Shown piece by piece: positions 1 through 8,982 of a stretch of 54,304 bases of DNA. Origin of the DNA: a virus. Its lineage: Duplodnaviria; Caudoviricetes. Positions within the stretch are counted from its first letter, which is position 1; each line of letters begins with the position of its first letter. The position numbers and the translations under genes were made by a program. The stretch covers positions 1 through 54,304 of the IMG/VR virus record IMGVR_UViG_3300006120_000027; one strand, given 5' to 3'. The notes below the pieces were generated by a model that searched no databases, was not told the DNA's origin, and saw only the letters and a program-made list of their open reading frames with translations.

Positions 1-1
1 C

Positions 2-3000
2 CCTCTAGACAATAGCACTAAAATTGCCACAACCGCTTACGCAGACGCAGCTGTCGCTGTCGAAGCCTCAGCACGTGCAACAGCTGTTACCAGCGAAGCC
101 TCCGCTAGAGCAACCGCAGTTACTAACGCAATAACAACTGCAGAATCATTTGCAACTAATGCAGATGCAACAGTGCTTTCAAGCGCAAAGTCTTATGCTG
201 ATACAGTTGCTGCAACAGCAACATCTAATGCTGAAAGTTATGCTAACAGTACAGCTTCAACATTAACAAACAAAACAATTTCTGGTTCTGCAAATACATT
301 ATCCAATATTCCAAACTCAGCTTTATCTCACAGCTCAATAACTGTTGATGGAAATCAAATAAACCTTGGTGGATCAGTAACAACTTATCAACAACCTACA
401 CTTGGCTCAACTCCACTAACTTCAGGTAATACAATAACATCAGTAAGTGGTTTAACTCTTGTAAATCCATCAATGTCAGCAATTATTAATGGTGTTACAA
501 ATACACTAACGTTACCGCAGAGCACAGACACGTTAGTTGGTCGTGCAACTCAAGACACATTAACAAATAAAACAATTTCTGGAATGTCAAATAATATAAC
601 AAACATTCCAAACAACTCAACAACAGCAACATCAAATAATACAAACAATGCAATTGTATTGCGTGACTCATCTGGTTCATTCCAGGCATCAATGATAACA
701 CTATCTGGAACTCCAGTAAATAGTGGAGATGTAGTTACAAAGTCTTATGCTGACAGCATCGCCGCTGGAATGAACTGGCACTCTAATGTTGTTGCTGCAA
801 CTACTGCTAACTTGTCTTCAGTATATGCAGCGGGCAGCACGGATGCAAATGGCGGGAATGGAATTGGTGCTACTTTAACAGCATCGGCAAATGGAGTTCT
901 TACTGTTGATACTATAAATGTTAACGTAGGAAACCGTGTTCTTGTTAAAAACCAAACAACAAAAACTCAAAATGGTATTTATGTTGTAACAGATAAAGGT
1001 TCTGCTTCATCTAAATGGATTTTAACACGTTCAACTGATGCAGATAACCATATAAGTAAGCAGGTTGAGTCTGGAGATGCAGTTTATGTACTTTATGGTA
1101 CTACAAATGCAAATCAAGCATTTGTTCAAATTGATCAGGGTACTGGAACAGACAATTCAATTGTAATAGGTACAGATAATATTGAATATTCACAGTTCTC
1201 TGGAACTGGAGCTATTACACCAGGAAATGGTCTTGTTAAAACAGGAAATACTCTTGCAGTTCAACAGGGATCAACAAATACAATAAATGTTCAAAATACT
1301 GGAATTGACCTTGCATCAGTATCACAATCAAATTCAACAGGTTCGGCTGCAACACAGTTTGTTACCGCTATAAATGTTGATCAGTGGGGTCGTGTAACTG
1401 GACAAATTACAAATCCTATTCCTGTAGCAACAAACAGCGTATCAGGTATAGCTCAATTTGATTCATCTACATTCACAGTTAATGGCGGTTCTGTTGCTAT
1501 AAGACTTGGCTCTATAACTCCTCAAATGCTTACAGCAAGTAAAGTAACCATTGGCTCCACAGATGTTGGCCTGGGCGGAAGTGCATCAACAATTGATGGA
1601 TTAACTTTAACTAATTTAACAATTGGATCCCTAACATCTAGTGCTACATTGTCTAATTTAACTTTAACTACCCCAAGAATTTCTTCGATTGTTAATACTG
1701 GTACACTCACCCTTCCAAGTTCATCTGACACATTGGTGGGTCGTGCAACAACTGATACATTAACAAATAAATCAATATCGGGTACTGCAAATACTTTGAC
1801 AAATGTACCAAACTCAGCACTCACAAATTCTTCAGTGACTGTTGGTACAACATCAATATCACTTGGCGGATCTTCAACTACATTATCTGGCTTAACATCT
1901 GTATCTTCAACAGGATTTACAGGTGCTCTTACAGGTAATGCTTCAACAGCAACCAAGCTAGCCGCAACAAAAAATATCAACGGTGTTGCCTTTGACGGTT
2001 CGGCTGACATCACTGTAAAGGCTGTTAATCCAAACGCACTTACAATTGGCACAGGTCTCTCAGGAACATCTTATGATGGCTCAGGAACAGTTACAGTTGC
2101 CATAGATTCAACAGTAGCTACATTAACTGGATCACAAACTCTTACAAATAAAACTCTTACATCTCCAGTAATTGGAACTATTTCAAATACAGGTACATTA
2201 ACACTTCCAACATCAACAGATACACTTGTAGGTAAGGCAACAACAGATATCTTTACAAACAAGACATTTGATACAGCTGGAACAGGTAACATATTTAAGA
2301 TCGCTGGAACTCAGATTACGGCTAACACAGGCACAGGATCAAACGTTCTTGCTACCAGCCCAACTGTAACTGGGCTTTCAACAGACACAATAACAACCTC
2401 TGGAAATGTAACTATAGGTGGTAATATATCGGTTGGCGGTAATACAACAATTACTGGTAACTTAACTGTTAATGGTACAACTACCACAATTAACTCTACT
2501 ACAGTTACAACTTCAGAAAAAATTCTTGAAATTGCTAAGGTAGCCACACCTACAAATACAACAGCAGACGGAGCTGGCATTCAAGTAGATGGTGCAACAA
2601 ATAAAACATTCCTATATGGATCATCAGCAAATGCCTGGAACTCATCAGAAACAATCAACCTTTTTTCTGGTAAAACATTCCAAATTAATGGAACAGATGT
2701 TCTTACTGCTAATGCAGTCGGAGGAAGAACAATCCCATCATCTAATATTGTTGGTTTAACAGATATTCAAACTCTTACAAATAAGACTTTGACAGCACCA
2801 ATAATTACTCTTCCTTCTGGTGGCATAACATTCTCTGATTCAACTGTTCAGACTACAGCTGGAGTACCATCTATAACACCAATTAATATTTCAAATACAA
2901 CATCATCATTTACATTATCTTCATCTATTGTAAAAGATTCGTTTGTGTTGATTGGAAATTCTACAACAGCAGTTAACGTAACTGTCCCACTAGATTCAAC

Positions 3001-3190
3001 TTATTCTTATCCAGTAGGTGCATCAATGACATTCCAGCAAACTGGTACAGCATTAGTAACATTTGTAGCAGCATCAGGGGTAACAATTCAAGCAACACCA
3101 GGATTAAAGTTAAGAGCCCAATATTCAGCAGCAACACTTCTAAAAGTTGCAGCAAATATATGGTCACTATATGGAGATCTTTCAGCTTAA
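2..3190 (+). CDS. Large Thr/Ser/Gly-rich virion fibre-like protein, 5'-truncated
   Basis: Frame is open from base 2 (PLDNSTKIATTAYADAAV...), so the real start lies before the window. Recurrent TLTNKT / TLTLPxSxDTLVGxATxD repeats, a RVLVKNQT...NGIYVV...LTRSTDAD segment typical of phage fibre proteins, and a C-terminal ...LRAQYSAATLLK...WSLYGDL domain. Confidence 0.75.
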   Translation, partial: PLDNSTKIATTAYADAAVAVEASARATAVTSEASARATAVTNAITTAESFATNADATVLSSAKSYADTVAATATSNAESYANSTASTLTNKTISGSANTLSNIPNSALSHSSITVDGNQINLGGSVTTYQQPTLGSTPLTSGNTITSVSGLTLVNPSMSAIINGVTNTLTLPQSTDTLVGRATQDTLTNKTISGMSNNITNIPNNSTTATSNNTNNAIVLRDSSGSFQASMITLSGTPVNSGDVVTKSYADSIAAGMNWHSNVVAATTANLSSVYAAGSTDANGGNGIGATLTASANGVLTVDTINVNVGNRVLVKNQTTKTQNGIYVVTDKGSASSKWILTRSTDADNHISKQVESGDAVYVLYGTTNANQAFVQIDQGTGTDNSIVIGTDNIEYSQFSGTGAITPGNGLVKTGNTLAVQQGSTNTINVQNTGIDLASVSQSNSTGSAATQFVTAINVDQWGRVTGQITNPIPVATNSVSGIAQFDSSTFTVNGGSVAIRLGSITPQMLTASKVTIGSTDVGLGGSASTIDGLTLTNLTIGSLTSSATLSNLTLTTPRISSIVNTGTLTLPSSSDTLVGRATTDTLTNKSISGTANTLTNVPNSALTNSSVTVGTTSISLGGSSTTLSGLTSVSSTGFTGALTGNASTATKLAATKNINGVAFDGSADITVKAVNPNALTIGTGLSGTSYDGSGTVTVAIDSTVATLTGSQTLTNKTLTSPVIGTISNTGTLTLPTSTDTLVGKATTDIFTNKTFDTAGTGNIFKIAGTQITANTGTGSNVLATSPTVTGLSTDTITTSGNVTIGGNISVGGNTTITGNLTVNGTTTTINSTTVTTSEKILEIAKVATPTNTTADGAGIQVDGATNKTFLYGSSANAWNSSETINLFSGKTFQINGTDVLTANAVGGRTIPSSNIVGLTDIQTLTNKTLTAPIITLPSGGITFSDSTVQTTAGVPSITPINISNTTSSFTLSSSIVKDSFVLIGNSTTAVNVTVPLDSTYSYPVGASMTFQQTGTALVTFVAASGVTIQATPGLKLRAQYSAATLLKVAANIWSLYGDLSA

Positions 3191-3221
3191 CAAATAGATA
3201 AAATTAAGGGGAAAAAAATAA

Positions 3222-4733
3222 ATGTCAAAAAATGCAATTAACGCAGGTCAAGGAAAAGAAGTATCCCCGTTAGCAGTAACGGGGATAACAGCAACAGATG
3301 TTGGAGTAGGACGTGCTTATAATAATGGTGCAGTAAATTTATCATGGACTTTGCCATCAAATTCTAATGCTGCAACTCTTTATACAGTTACTTCTACACC
3401 AAGTACAACAACTCAAACTTCTGCAACAAATTCTTTGACATTTGTCGGGCTTGTATCTGGAACTTCTTACACATTTACAGTTGTTCCTTCAAATATCCAT
3501 GGATCTGGACCAAGTACTACATCATCATCAGTTACTGCAACAACAGTGCCGTCATCTCCAACAGGTGTATCAGCAACAGATCAGGGATCTGGAAGAGCAT
3601 ATAATAATGGTCAAGCATCAGTGGCATTTTCAGCACCAAGTTATACTGGCCCAGGAAGTTTATCTTATACAGCAACATCCTCTGGTTCTCAATCGGCTAC
3701 AGGTTCAGGAAGTCCACTAACAATAACAGGTTTGTCATCAGCAACAAATTATACCTACACTGTTACTGCAACAAATTCAAATGGTACCTCTGCAGCATCT
3801 GCAGCATCTGCAGCAGTTACTGCAACTACAGTGCCAGATACGCCTTCAGCACCATCTGCATCGTCCCCTTCAGCGGGAACAGATACCGTTAGCTGGTCAC
3901 CTCCTGCAAATGGTGGTTCAGGAATTACTTCATATTATTTATATGATAATGGAGGGGCAGTAGGAAACGTTGGTAACACAACTTCATATAATATTGGTGA
4001 AGGGCAAGGAAGCAATCACTACTTCCAAGTAGCTGCAATTAATGCAAATGGACAAGGCGGAACTTCGGCTGCTGGAAATACAGTAACTACAACATTTTCA
4101 TTTGTACCATTTGGCTTTGCGCCATTCGGATTCACACCGTTTGGATTTACTCCATTTGGATTTACTCCATTTGGGTTTACACCATATAGCTTTACCCCGT
4201 TTGGTTTTACCCCATCTGGTGCGTTTAGGTTTACCCCTTGGGGTAACTCAATTGATGTAGATGTTAAAGTAATTACTCCAGAGGGACAAAAGTATGCTGG
4301 AGAATTAAAAGTAGGAGATAAGATATTAGCACTTGATTTTGACCATGAAGTGCCTGATGCCGATAAGACATTAGCCTTTGCAAGAGATCTTGAAAATTGG
4401 AATATAAATTCAACTGAATTTGCTAATCGTAAAATTGTTGAAACAACAGTAACTGAAATTAATGAAGCAATTGGAACAAATTATATTTATGTAGATGGCG
4501 AAATGTTTACAAGAACTCACTACATATTAGTTAAAAAAGATGATATTGTAAAGTTTATAAAAGTTACAGATGTTGATACAAGCTATCAAAGATACTCTTA
4601 TAAAGAAAAAGCATTTGTTGACATAACATTAGTAGAAGATATTTTTACAGAAATGAAAAATGTATCTATAAAGTGTGAGCCATATCGCAATTTCTTTACC
4701 GCAAATATGCTAGTATTTGATAGCATTCACTAA
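3222..4733 (+). CDS. Three FN3-like domains + (FGFTP)n repeat + C-terminal Hint-like domain; probable virion protein
   Basis: FN3 signatures (LSWTLP...GLVSGTSYTFTVVPSN; GLSSATNYTYTVTATN; VSWSPPANGGSGITSY...YFQVAAIN). Nine pentapeptide units. Hint-like block A (SIDVDVKVITPEG..GELKVGD), block B (FTRTH) and block F/G (VSIKCEPYRNFFTANMLVFD). SD AAGGGG upstream. Confidence 0.85.
   Translation: MSKNAINAGQGKEVSPLAVTGITATDVGVGRAYNNGAVNLSWTLPSNSNAATLYTVTSTPSTTTQTSATNSLTFVGLVSGTSYTFTVVPSNIHGSGPSTTSSSVTATTVPSSPTGVSATDQGSGRAYNNGQASVAFSAPSYTGPGSLSYTATSSGSQSATGSGSPLTITGLSSATNYTYTVTATNSNGTSAASAASAAVTATTVPDTPSAPSASSPSAGTDTVSWSPPANGGSGITSYYLYDNGGAVGNVGNTTSYNIGEGQGSNHYFQVAAINANGQGGTSAAGNTVTTTFSFVPFGFAPFGFTPFGFTPFGFTPFGFTPYSFTPFGFTPSGAFRFTPWGNSIDVDVKVITPEGQKYAGELKVGDKILALDFDHEVPDADKTLAFARDLENWNINSTEFANRKIVETTVTEINEAIGTNYIYVDGEMFTRTHYILVKKDDIVKFIKVTDVDTSYQRYSYKEKAFVDITLVEDIFTEMKNVSIKCEPYRNFFTANMLVFDSIH
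4095..4238 (+). repeat. Coding 15-bp tandem repeat: FSFVP FGFAP (FGFTP)x4 YSFTP FGFTP SGA FRFTP
   Basis: Read directly from the sequence; most units differ at synonymous third codon positions. Confidence 0.95.
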
Positions 4734-4750
4734 TACAATTATATTAAAGT

Positions 4751-4779
4751 AAAAAGGGGCTATTAAATAGCCTCTTTTT
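4751..4779 (+). terminator. Intrinsic terminator, possibly bidirectional
   Basis: AAAAAGGGGCTAT-TAA-ATAGCCTCTTTTT hairpin just after the stop at 4733. Confidence 0.8.
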
Positions 4780-4787
4780 ATATATTA

Positions 4788-4816
4788 TTGACAATAAAAA
4801 TAAAAAGAAATATAAT
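4788..4816 (+). promoter_or_regulatory. Perfect sigma70/SigA consensus promoter, probably giving a leaderless mRNA
   Basis: TTGACA (4788-4793), 17 nt spacer, TATAAT (4811-4816). ATG at 4823 follows after 6 nt with no SD. Confidence 0.85.
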
Positions 4817-4822
4817 GGTAAA

Positions 4823-5548
4823 ATGAAAACAAAAAATATTGAATTTCATCTTTCTTTGCCAAAAATGATTGATGTATTCCCTGAACCAGAACCAGCATAC
4901 AAAAATTTGTCTGAGTGGTATAAAAAAATGAATTCTTATTTAAATGATAATAAAACCCCTAAAAATGGAGTGCAAGCTTTAACTGTAAAAAAATGTCAAG
5001 CAATTCTTGATTCTATGATGATGGGCTATGTATTTAAATGTCCAGTTGACGTTTATATAGATACTACTGGAGAAAATCCCATTTTTGAAATATCTGGCGG
5101 TTTTAATTTTTTGTCACACCCAATGACGGGATCTCACGCTAAAGAGCAGTATCATCAAATGCCAATAGATGAAACATTGTTTGTTAAAGAACTACTTAGG
5201 TTAAACATGATTTGGCTTGTAAAAACACAACCAGGATATAGTTGCATGTTTACTAATATAAATCATTCTGATGAGTCACCACTAGTAACCGTTCCAGGAG
5301 TCATAGACACTGACTCTTTTTACAATGAAGGTTTATTTTCATTTTTTGTTAAGAAAAATTATAAAGGTTTTATTAAAAAAGGAACTCCTTTAATTCAAAT
5401 TATCCCTTTTAAAAGAGATGTTTTTACCCACACGGTTGTAAAAAATAAAGATATATCCGAAAAGTTGTATAAACAACAAGTTATGCTAAGGTCTGTTTTT
5501 AATTCTGGTTATAAAAGATTTTTTTGGAGTAAAAAAAGATATGAATAA
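4823..5548 (+). CDS. DUF6065-like / dUTPase-fold-like phage protein (paralogue 1)
   Basis: Motifs PEPA...EWYK, TVKKC..ILDSM..GY, GVIDTD, IKKGTPLIQIIPFKRD, all shared with 6758..7492. Confidence 0.6.
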   Translation: MKTKNIEFHLSLPKMIDVFPEPEPAYKNLSEWYKKMNSYLNDNKTPKNGVQALTVKKCQAILDSMMMGYVFKCPVDVYIDTTGENPIFEISGGFNFLSHPMTGSHAKEQYHQMPIDETLFVKELLRLNMIWLVKTQPGYSCMFTNINHSDESPLVTVPGVIDTDSFYNEGLFSFFVKKNYKGFIKKGTPLIQIIPFKRDVFTHTVVKNKDISEKLYKQQVMLRSVFNSGYKRFFWSKKRYE

Positions 5549-6128
5549 AAATATAATTATAAAAAACATTTTTACAGAAGAAGAGCGTCAAACATTAAGA
5601 AGCATTATTAAAGATATATTAAGTAAAGATTTAAATTGGTTATCTGAACACCCTAAAGATGAACAAGGAAATTTAATCAATACAGCAGATTTAATTACAA
5701 TGATGAAGCACGACCTGGGAAGAATTATTATTCATAACATAACAATACCTGAAAATATTGTAAATAAATTAAATCAAATAATTAAAAATCAAGGTTTTGA
5801 TGGTTACTTTTATCAAGATGCTACAACTTATTGGGAATATAATTATAAGTACGGAAACCCAAAGCTTAGAGATCATAAAGACACAACGGAAGCAGATGAA
5901 ACTTTGCATTTTGACTACCAGCTAGACTCCACATTAGACTGGGCAGTGACTGTGGAAGATACTCCTTACATATTAAAAGATAATGATGCTTTGACATTTA
6001 TGGGCAAAGTCCAAGAGCATGGAAGGCCAGTCATAAAGTTTAAAGAGGGAGATTATTTAAGCAATTTCCTATTTAGGTTTAACACAAAAGACACTAAAGA
6101 ATTAGCTAAAAATACAATAAAATATTGA
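5541..6128 (+). CDS. 2OG-Fe(II) oxygenase superfamily protein
   Basis: HxD (LRDHKD), distal His (QEHGRP), beta-rich DSBH-like pattern. Confidence 0.7.
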   Translation: MNKNIIIKNIFTEEERQTLRSIIKDILSKDLNWLSEHPKDEQGNLINTADLITMMKHDLGRIIIHNITIPENIVNKLNQIIKNQGFDGYFYQDATTYWEYNYKYGNPKLRDHKDTTEADETLHFDYQLDSTLDWAVTVEDTPYILKDNDALTFMGKVQEHGRPVIKFKEGDYLSNFLFRFNTKDTKELAKNTIKY

Positions 6129-6129
6129 A

Positions 6130-6768
6130 ATGTTAATTACATCAAAAAATAAAATATCAGGATCTAAATATTGGATTAACTCTGAAAATAAAACGTTCTC
6201 CAGTTTAGTTAAAGATAGCAAATTAATTGATTATTGGGCAAAATTTAATTATATAAAAAAATATAATTTTGAAAACAAAATATTAATACCAGCAAATTTA
6301 TATGTTTTTTATTTTGGTAATAAAATTAATATTAAATCAAAAGAGCCTTTAATCTTAAATCAAAATACTCATGCTGAAATATGGGTGCAAAAAATGGAAG
6401 AAAGTCTATATGCACTAGACAAATGCTGGCAAAGACAATTTTATCCTTCGCCTAATTCCTACAACGTGCCAAGTGATTGTTTTGATGCAATTTATAGGTT
6501 TTATACCCCTTGGATTATAAATGATGATGTTGAGGTAAAAATATTAAATTCAAGTGATGTTTTTTATATTTATACAAAAAATATTAAATTTAAAAAAAAT
6601 AATATAAATAGTGAATACATAGATATTCCATTTATAGATTTTTCAATAAAAAAAATGGGGCCTCACATGAAAGATAAAGATTATGGTATTATTGAAATAG
6701 GAACAAGTATGTATGATGTTTTAATAGAAGATAAAAAGATCAAAGAAAGAGTTTTAAATGGAAAATAG
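6130..6768 (+). CDS. Hypothetical protein, possibly a degenerate third DUF6065-like paralogue
   Basis: 212-aa ORF tightly packed with its neighbours. YRFYTPWII and GIIEIGTSMYDV echo LRLNMIWLV and GFIKKGTPLIQI of the neighbouring paralogues. Confidence 0.55.
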   Translation: MLITSKNKISGSKYWINSENKTFSSLVKDSKLIDYWAKFNYIKKYNFENKILIPANLYVFYFGNKINIKSKEPLILNQNTHAEIWVQKMEESLYALDKCWQRQFYPSPNSYNVPSDCFDAIYRFYTPWIINDDVEVKILNSSDVFYIYTKNIKFKKNNINSEYIDIPFIDFSIKKMGPHMKDKDYGIIEIGTSMYDVLIEDKKIKERVLNGK

Positions 6769-7492
6769 TAAAGATTTTACATTAATCCCAACAGATAGAT
6801 CAAATTTAAATTTATCAGAAATGATTCATCCAGTTCAAGCATCCAAAGCACTCCCAGACTGGTATAAAGACTTAGCAGGATATAGCAATGGAACCAGTCA
6901 TGATATAAAAAATCTTTTACCCAATAATGATCGTGGTTCTGATGGATCTGATGTTTCTACAAAACTGTGCTTACCTTTTCTAGATGCAATGATATCTGGA
7001 TACATGTATTTACTTGAAGATGATTTAACTGTAGATTTAGATAAAAACGGCAAGCCAGAGCTTTCCTGGGATAAGCCAACCATGATAGATATTAGACCGC
7101 ATGTAGATATGGCAATTCCAGAAGATTGTCACCCTATTCAATTTGGGTTTAAGATGTCTTGGTATTACAGAACTCCAGAAAAATATTCTACACTTATTAC
7201 CCACCCAATGAATAGGTTTGATTTGCCTTTTTATATACCTTCGGGTATTGTAGATTCAGATATATGGGGGCTGCCAGTATTTATTCCATTTTTCTTAAAA
7301 AGAAATTTTGTTGGAACTATAAAAAAGGGCACACCAATATTTCAAATGATTCCAATAAAAAGAGATGATTGGAATTTAAATATAGATTTCAGTGAAGACT
7401 CATATATGGAAAATTTAATTCTTGAAGAAAAAAGAAGGTCACACATTACAGCGCATTATAAAAAATCAACTTGGCAAAAGAAAAATTACTAA
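6758..7492 (+). CDS. DUF6065-like / dUTPase-fold-like phage protein (paralogue 2)
   Basis: PVQASKALPDWYK, STKLCLPFLDAMISGY, THPMNRFDLPF, GIVDSD, IKKGTPIFQMIPIKRD. Confidence 0.65.
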   Translation: MENSKDFTLIPTDRSNLNLSEMIHPVQASKALPDWYKDLAGYSNGTSHDIKNLLPNNDRGSDGSDVSTKLCLPFLDAMISGYMYLLEDDLTVDLDKNGKPELSWDKPTMIDIRPHVDMAIPEDCHPIQFGFKMSWYYRTPEKYSTLITHPMNRFDLPFYIPSGIVDSDIWGLPVFIPFFLKRNFVGTIKKGTPIFQMIPIKRDDWNLNIDFSEDSYMENLILEEKRRSHITAHYKKSTWQKKNY

Positions 7493-7502
7493 AAGGAAAA
7501 AA

Positions 7503-8165
7503 ATGGAAATAGATTTTTACAACATACCTAAAAAATATAATAAGCCTCATAAATTTTTTGAAAGATACCTGGATAATGATCTTGATTCATTGTCTAAGTA
7601 CTTAGAAGAAAAATATGAAGAAATTAAAGGGCTTAAAGTTCCAGGCGTAAGAGCTTTAAATGCAAATGGACCAGAATACTGGGTCGAATCAGGTAGCCTT
7701 TCTACTGTAAAGTGGAAAGAATATAATGTATTTCAATTTAATAATGAAGCAATATATTCAATTTTTGTAAACATTAGAGATGCTGTTAAGGAAGCTTGCA
7801 ATTATTATGAAATTGACTTTGATGCTCAAAAGTATATGGTGCAAGGTTGGTTTAACATTAATTACAATAAAGTTGGAAAGTTAAATTGGCATGATCACGG
7901 CGGTCCTTGGGCTCCAAGTTTTCATGGGTATTATTGCATAAAGGCACAGCCTTCAAGCACATTTTATAGAATTGATAATAAAGATTCAGGGCTTGTTGAA
8001 AATATTAATATTGATAATAGACTTATAGTTTCGGAGATGGGGCACCCACATGCTCAAGGAGACTGGGATTGGGACGGACCAAGAATAACCTTAGCCTATG
8101 ATATAGTCCCATTAAAAGATTTAATGGAAATGAATGCAGCAGATCAACATTGGTTGCCACTATAA
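7503..8165 (+). CDS. Putative 2OG-Fe(II) oxygenase, HxH type (TIGR02466-like)
   Basis: QGWFNIN...WHDH...FHGYY...HPH...PRITLAYD. Start moved to ATG 7503, which has SD AAAGGA and removes the overlap with the upstream gene. Confidence 0.7.
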   Translation: MEIDFYNIPKKYNKPHKFFERYLDNDLDSLSKYLEEKYEEIKGLKVPGVRALNANGPEYWVESGSLSTVKWKEYNVFQFNNEAIYSIFVNIRDAVKEACNYYEIDFDAQKYMVQGWFNINYNKVGKLNWHDHGGPWAPSFHGYYCIKAQPSSTFYRIDNKDSGLVENINIDNRLIVSEMGHPHAQGDWDWDGPRITLAYDIVPLKDLMEMNAADQHWLPL

Positions 8166-8168
8166 CAT

Positions 8169-8975
8169 ATGAATATAAAAGTATTTTTATATTCATATAA
8201 AAATAAAAACTTGTTAAATATTTGTAATGATATTTTAAGCAAATCTTACAATAAAGTTGAGATTAAAGTTTATGATCAATCTAATGTTAATAGAATAAAG
8301 TTTTTTTCTGAAAATGAAAATATTACGTATAAACACATTAAATGGGATGATAATAAAGGTAAAAATTTTTTTGTGCAAGAGGTTATTAATGAAGATTTTG
8401 ATTATTTATTGGTAATTTCTGATAATGTAATTTTAACCCAAGACTGGGATTTAAAATCTTTAAATGAATTAAAAGAAAATTCAATAGTATCTGGAAGCAA
8501 TTACCCAATTGTAAAATTAAATAATTTTGACCTAAAAATAAAATATAAAAAAATAAAAACCCCTTCAGAAGTTTATTTTTTGGACAAAGATTTTATTTTT
8601 ATAAAAAAAGATAACATTAACATCTTAAAAAAAATATTTTTAAAAGATAAAGGTACTGATATTTTATTATCATTAAGAGCAATTAATTCAGGGTTAAAAA
8701 TTATTTCTATGTCATCTGAATTTTATACAAAATCTAATATCTATGATGGATATTTTCCGTATTCATTACGTCATGGATATAATAAATTAATTTATTTAAT
8801 CAAAAGCAATAATGTTGATACTGATATTTTTAATAAAAAAAATAATATTGATATTAAAAATATTAACTTTGTGCCTTTTGAGGTGAATGATGTGGGGTAT
8901 TCAGATATTGATATAAAACTAGATTCATCAGAGGCAACAAGATTTCACTCAGGTATATTTAAAATTTCTTTATAG
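8169..8975 (+). CDS. Divergent GT-A glycosyltransferase-like protein resembling 35873..36748
   Basis: KVFLYSYKN...DILSKS aligns with IFVQIAAYHD...DCIEKS, and DYLLVISDNVILTQDWD aligns with DYYLQIDSHTRFVENWD. Confidence 0.55.
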   Translation: MNIKVFLYSYKNKNLLNICNDILSKSYNKVEIKVYDQSNVNRIKFFSENENITYKHIKWDDNKGKNFFVQEVINEDFDYLLVISDNVILTQDWDLKSLNELKENSIVSGSNYPIVKLNNFDLKIKYKKIKTPSEVYFLDKDFIFIKKDNINILKKIFLKDKGTDILLSLRAINSGLKIISMSSEFYTKSNIYDGYFPYSLRHGYNKLIYLIKSNNVDTDIFNKKNNIDIKNINFVPFEVNDVGYSDIDIKLDSSEATRFHSGIFKISL

Positions 8976-8982
8976 GAGAACA

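Noticed and set aside
1522-2580. Minus-strand ORFs 1522..2052, 2071..2292, 2311..2580
   Set aside because: Antisense shadows of a Thr/Ser/Gly-rich + strand gene; Val/Pro-rich and without recognisable motifs.
4095-4238. 15-bp repeats as a CRISPR array or DNA-level element
   Set aside because: No spacers; the repeats are in frame and vary mainly at third codon positions.
4248-4733. Classical splicing intein or homing element
   Set aside because: No terminal His-Asn, no endonuclease domain and essentially no C-extein. DnaE, DnaB, RecA and TerL also show no inteins.
7422-7502. Upstream starts in the ORF track (7422, also 10300, 15400, 38004, 51072, 51610)
   Set aside because: They overlap upstream genes or lack an SD; downstream starts fit better.
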